Assembly: GCA_010356995.1 (NCBI GenBank)
Contig: ML996694.1
Span: 805,224-869,223 of the forward strand
Reading direction: 5' to 3'
Origin: Trichodelitschia bisporula
Taxonomy: Eukaryota
Length of the DNA: 64,000 nt
This document shows, piece by piece, positions 58,759-64,000 of this stretch; positions within the stretch are counted from its first letter, which is position 1, and the number at the start of each line of letters is the position of its first letter. The position numbers and the translations under genes are program-made. The notes beneath the pieces are model-generated. The model did not search any database. It was not told the origin of the DNA and was given only the letters and a program-made list of their open reading frames with translations.

Positions 58759-59369
58759 TTGGGGCAGTCCAGCATATGGTGAAGCTCGTAGAAGCGGGGT
58801 TTCAGTGTGATACACACTCGGGAATAGAAGATGAAATTTTCTTAGCCTTATTCTAAGATCTGAGAGGGAAGAAAGGATGAAGAAGAGCTGGTGAGTGCAG
58901 TGAGCTGATCTCAGTTTATACAGCCACTGCCGCTGCTCGATGACAAGCAGGTGCAGGACGCAGCTATTCGCAGCAGCCAGTAGATAAGAGGCTAATAACG
59001 CTGACAGTTGATTGCTTCTCGCTTACCATGTATGGCTGGCAATGCCAAAGCGAGTGCGTACTGCCTACTACGGTATGTGCCTCCGGTTACGGCTATGTGG
59101 ACCGGCTCCTCATGCAGCTTCCCTGGCGTCGTCTGCCAGGGAAGCTTTGCCCCGCATCACGAGGCCGCAAGGCTCTCACCCCACCTTTCTAAGGCCTTGA
59201 GGCTTTAAGGCTCCAAGGCTAAAAGTCCTCAAGCCCCAGGCACCCGTGCGGAAATGCCCCCGGCCGAGCCGAAGTGACGTCGGCTAGTCCATCACTGACG
59301 AAATCCAAGCTACAGCTTATCTCCTCCACCTCACTGTCGCCAATTCCCCCAATTCGACACTAAGCAACA

Positions 59370-60155
59370 ATGTCGTCTACCCTCCTCCGCACATCCGCCG
59401 CGCGCACCGCCCTGCGCGCCACGAGGTCGTCGCTCGCGCGCTCCGGACTCGCCGGCACGGCGTTTGTCCGCGGCAAGGCGACGCTGCCGGACCTTCCCTG
59501 TGACCTCCCTCATCATCCTTCCGAGAGCATAGCTAACTCCCGTAGATGACTTCGGCGCGCTCGAGCCCTCGATCTCAGGACAAATCATGGAGCTGCACTA
59601 CACCAAGCACCACCAGACCTACGTAACATCCTACAACAACTTCAACGAGCAGATCCAAGCCGCGGCATCCAAGAACGACATCGCGGCACAGGTGGCGTTG
59701 CAGCCGATGATCAACTTTCACGCCGGCGGCCACCTGAACCACACCCTGTTCTGGGAGAACCTGGCGCCGAAGAGCCAGGGCGGGGGTGAGCCGCCGAGCG
59801 GTACCCTGGCGAAGAAGATCGATGAGAGCTTTGGCAGCCTGGATGCGTTGAAGGAGAAGTTCAACGCGGCGCTGGCAGGCGTGCAGGGTAGTGGCTGGGC
59901 GTGGCTTGTGCAGGATGTGCAGACGGGCAACATCGGCATCAAGACGTACCAGAACCAGGATCCCGTAGTGGGCCAGTTCCGGCCGCTGCTCGGCATCGAT
60001 GCGTGGGAGCATGCCTACTAGTAAGTGCCATGGGAGGCTTGATGCGGATAAAGCTAACTATTCAAAGCCTGCAGTACCAGAACCGCAAGGCCGAGTACTT
60101 CAAGGCGATTTGGGATGTGATTAACTGGAAGGCGGCGGAAAAGCGCCTCAAGTAG
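59370..60155 (+). CDS. SOD2: Mitochondrial Mn superoxide dismutase (exons 59370-59499, 59546-60020, 60068-60155)
   Basis: MELHYTKHHQTYV, GGHLNHTLFW, QGSGWAWL and DAWEHAYY; mitochondrial-type presequence. Confidence 0.97.
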
Positions 60156-60629
60156 ATAGATACGATTAGCGGGCCGTCGGTGTCAAATTGGCTTTCCGGA
60201 CTGAATTGATTATCGTTCCTGAGTCCTTGATTGACGAATTGATGCCAGAACAGCTCTCTATCCGATTTATGATAGAGTAACGTGACGGCTTGGCATGAAA
60301 GTGCAACTCACCTCGTCCACGAGCACTTCGAGAACCACACCTCGCCGACAACGCCTTTCCCGAACTCGAAACTTCGTCAGAAGCTCTCTCTCCACTCCCA
60401 GCCTCAGAGTCCGAAAAATTGACCCCTCATCCTCTCGCCCACTCCTCCTCCACCTCCGCCCACAACCCACAAGCGCCAAGCCGCCAAACCCAATCCAGCC
60501 AGCCCGCAACTTCAACCACCAAAATCTCCTTCCCGCGGCTTCACCCGAACCCACCACCACCGTCACAACCTACGCCAATTGGCACCCACCCACCACCCAC
60601 ACGCCACTCCCTCCCCCACCGACACCACA

Positions 60630-61233
60630 ATGGGTCTCTTCGACTACCTCAGCGACGCGCTGTCCTCGCTCCCCTTCTCCCACGACGTGGACGCCGAGTC
60701 CGTCCGCGGCGGCGCTAGCAGCGGTGGCTCCCCAGCGGGCGCCCCCAAAGAAGGCAGCAAAGAAGCAGACGTCAACGCCGCGGACGCGAAGAGCGGCGGC
60801 GACGACAGCACGGGCCATCTTCCCGGCAGCAGCAAGAATATCGATACGGAGGCGGAGGAGGATGAGGATGATGAGCCGAAGGATGTGAAGGAGGAGCTGG
60901 AGGAGGGTGAGTCGCCCCGGTTTCCTTTTCCCTTTGAAAGGGCAAGCCCTGTGGATAGGGCGGCCTGGTGGGGTTGTACCTGGGCAGGGCTGATGAGTCC
61001 AGAGTGTGCGCAGAGTAAGCAGTGCGGTGGGTATAAGCACCATTACGATGAGTGTGTGGAGCGGGTGACTGGGCAGATTGAGAATGAGGGGAAGGCGAAC
61101 GAGGATTGTGTTGAGGAGTGTGAGTGTCCCCCGCATCTATGGTCTTTGATCTATTGCTAACCCCCCAGTCTTCCACCTCGCCCACTGCGCCACCCAATGC
61201 GCTGCCCCCAAGCTGTGGAAGCAGCTCAAGTAA
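60630..61233 (+). CDS. QCR6: Cytochrome bc1 hinge subunit (exons 60630-60906, 61003-61119, 61169-61233)
   Basis: Acidic N-terminal region followed by EC...KHHYDECVERV...EDCVEEFFHLAHCATQCAAPKLW. Confidence 0.93.
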
Positions 61234-61419
61234 GCCCGCGAGGCCCTGTACATCCACTCCTCTTTGGCAGCGTTACGCGCACGGGCAATTGGCAATGGAC
61301 TTGTAGAATAGGCAGCAATAGACGCGTGATATCGTGGCCTCGGCCCCGCCGCGGTCCGCTAACTATCAAGCACCATCTCAAACCCAATCGTAAATACATA
61401 TCAGCATATACGACCCAAA

Positions 61420-62948
61420 TTACGCTTCCCCAGCCGCCCTCCGTCCCCTCCCCGCCCCAAACCCCCATCTCCTCACCCCCAACAACAAAGCAAACGGCAC
61501 CACCGCCGCCGCAACCACCGCCTGCAGCACCAATGCCTTTTCCATATTACCCTTCGGCCCCCACGTGCCCTTCTCATCCTTCATCGCCCCCATCCCAATC
61601 ACAAACACAGCACCTAGCAACTGTCCCCCCGCCCACAGCACCGTGCTCCCCACCTCCGGTCCCGCGGGCCAGGTAAGCTCAACCGCGTACTCGAGCGCCA
61701 GCGGGACTAAGGCGAAATTCGCGGCTCCGAGGAGGGATAGCAGGACGTAGGGCGCCGGAAGACCGCGGGTTGGAGGCGCGAAGACGAAGCCTAGGTAGCC
61801 CGCGGCGATGAGCGGGGTTAGGAGCTTGATGGGGAGGAGGTAGGACTGCGTGCGGTCGGTGATGGGACTGAGGATTGCCGCAGCCACGAGACCGACGACG
61901 ATGAGCAAAGCCCCGCCGATGCCGGCCTGCGACTCGGTGTAGGCGTAGGGGGAGAGGATTTGGTTTAGCAGCGAAGAGGTGGCGTTGAAGAAGCCGACGT
62001 AGATGGAGAAGGGGATGAACAGGAGCCAGAAACTGGGCGTGTGGAGCAAGATGTGCACGGAGTCCTTCAGCGACGTTTGCGGTATGGAGCTAGAGGGGCT
62101 TGCCGGCGTCGGGGGGCGCGCGGGAATAAAGATGGAGGGAATTGCAGCGAGCGACGAGATAATCGCCGTGTACAGCACCATATTCGGCACCTCGCTCGGC
62201 TTGGTCGCCCACATCGGCCCGATCAACTGCCCCAGCGCACCACCGAACGGATTCGCAAGACTCGCCACCGCCGTTGCGCTCACGCGCCCCTTTTCGCTGA
62301 ACCAGAGATCGGAGTAGCGCGTTGGGGCTGCGAGGACGAAGGGCTGTGCGAGCCCGACGAGGATTTGTCCGAACATGACGAGGCTGAAGTGGTTGGTGCG
62401 CGCGCCGGCGTAGCGCAGCCAGTTGGAGAGCAGGACCAGGGCGCTGGCGGCGAGGATGGCGGGGCGCGGGCCGAGGTGCAGGGTGTAGAGGGTTGCGCTG
62501 GGGGGAGGGTTAGTTGGGGGATGTAAGGGTGGGGATATGGGTTAGGGATATGGGCGGGAGACGAACGGCGTGTTAGCCACGAAGGCGAAGAAGAAAGCCG
62601 TGCTGAGCCAGTTTATCGCCGTTTCGGAGACGTGGAAGTAGTCGGCTGAGGTCTTCGATACGGCGGAGAAAGTGAGCCACTGCGTCGTCATTAGTATAGG
62701 CCGAGCACAATACCATGTCCGCCCGAAAGGGTAATTGACGATGTGATACGTACGTCCCAGCTCACGATGATGTTCAGCAGCACGAGCTGCACGAGCCCGA
62801 ACCATCGCCGCTTGTACAGTCTGTATTCAATGCGCCTCTCCCCCTCTGTATCCGCGATAAGCGGCTCCGCCGTCGAACTCGTCGGCACGTGGCCGAGATC
62901 ATGGCTGTCTGTCCGGGGCGTCTTGGGCGCCGCGGTGGAGGGCGACAT
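61420..62948 (-). CDS. MFS transporter, FLVCR/SLC49-like (introns 62680-62753, 62498-62566)
   Basis: YRLYKRRWFGLVQLVLLNIIVSWD|WLTF and GQILVGLAQPFVLAAPTRYSDLWF..GR; multiple TM helices. Confidence 0.9.
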
Positions 62949-63401
62949 GTTGCGTCCACGCCAGATGGCGCTCAACAGACACCGATAGAATAAAAATATG
63001 GAGCAAATCAACCACCCATCGATTGTAATGAGCGGAATGATAAACTGATAAACCCCCAGCGGAGGCAGCACCGCCCCTACAACACCGCCCCCAATGTCGT
63101 CGGTCGCGGACCTCAAAGTAGCTAGCCTCCGCTGCTCCGTTCCGCTCCGCTGGTTCGCCTCATCAGGCTTGGCGTTCCGCCCCGCGGCGCGTCCCGATGA
63201 CGTGCCCGAGCCGTGCCGATGCCGATTGCCTGAGCCGAAGACATCATCCGTATCACGACCCCACCACAGCTACCCCTCCATACTGAAAGCAAAGCTCATC
63301 GTATGCCACCCCTTTCACGACTCAGCCGCTTAACCGCCCTCTCGCCTATCTCCCACCCGCGTCTCCCCCTCCGCTCCTTCACCCCGCATCCCCAGCGCAA
63401 C

Positions 63402-64000
63402 ATGTCAACCGCGCAACTCGAAGCTCTGTCCGCCTACACGGCGTGCGACGTACGGACATCCCTCCCCTGTCCTTTAAAACTTTACGATCCCGTGTCCGAC
63501 TCTCTAACCCACCCCCAGATCTCCGACGCCCTCCTAAAACTCTCCGTCCCCGGCGCCGGCTTCCTCCCCAACATCCTCCCCCTCCCCCAAACCACCACCC
63601 CTCACCAACCCGCCAAATACATAGCCCCCGCCTCCACAGTACTCTTCCTCCCGCACAGCACGCCCTCCTTCCCAAACCCCCCTCCCCCGCTAGACACGCT
63701 AACCACCGCCCTAACAACACCCCTGCCAAATATACCCCCGGGCGTGCCGTACGCCGACCTCGCCGTCCCCGGCACCATTATGCTGCTCAGTCAACCGGCC
63801 GATCAACACTGTGCGGTTCTAGGGGGGATAATGGCGGCGCGGATAGCAGCGCGGGGAGTAAGGGGTGTGTTGGTGGATGGGCGGGTAAGGGATTTGGGCG
63901 AGATACGCGGGACGGGAATACCCGTCTGGAGCAAAGGAGTAAGTACCGTGGGCGCCGGGGCGCAGACGAAGGCGTGGGCGGTGGGGTGTGAGGTGCAGGT
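63402..64000 (+). CDS. RraA-like / HMG-aldolase family protein (3' partial; intron 63450-63518)
   Basis: Spliced reading MSTAQLEALSAYTACD|ISDALLKL ... AVLGGIMAAR ... GVLVDGRVRD ... PVWSKG. Confidence 0.88.
   Translation, partial: MSTAQLEALSAYTACDVRTSLPCPLKLYDPVSDSLTHPQISDALLKLSVPGAGFLPNILPLPQTTTPHQPAKYIAPASTVLFLPHSTPSFPNPPPPLDTLTTALTTPLPNIPPGVPYADLAVPGTIMLLSQPADQHCAVLGGIMAARIAARGVRGVLVDGRVRDLGEIRGTGIPVWSKGVSTVGAGAQTKAWAVGCEVQ

Noticed and set aside
1..64000. CRISPR arrays, rRNA genes or intact transposons
   Set aside because: None seen; the short rRNA-identical strings at 8.3-9.5 kb are snoRNA guide complements.

Overview
Eukaryotic DNA from a filamentous ascomycete (GC-rich, short GT-AG introns with CTRAC branch sites). 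Positions 1-8.0 kb hold a tandem array of at least eight divergent paralogues of an unrecognised ~120-135 aa helical protein; one copy is truncated by the window edge and one is frameshifted. Positions 8.3-9.5 kb (minus strand) hold a non-coding spliced host transcript with six intronic C/D-box snoRNAs in the yeast order snR78-77-76-75-74-73; the first also carries an snR72-type guide. Conserved genes follow: FBP1, a large Pro-rich protein, an EngB/GTPBP8 GTPase, FMC1, ApsA/NUM1, CWC24 and an intron-containing tRNA-Val(CAC). Next is an accessory stretch with a piggyBac relic and small secreted proteins, then a ~3,100 aa acidic repeat protein spanning an assembly gap, and an orphan stretch with CxCxxC...H proteins. 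The window ends with PRP38, a GT8-like protein, a SidL-like acetyltransferase, SOD2, QCR6, an FLVCR-like MFS transporter and a partial RraA-like gene. All calls are by eye from sequence motifs; no searches were run.
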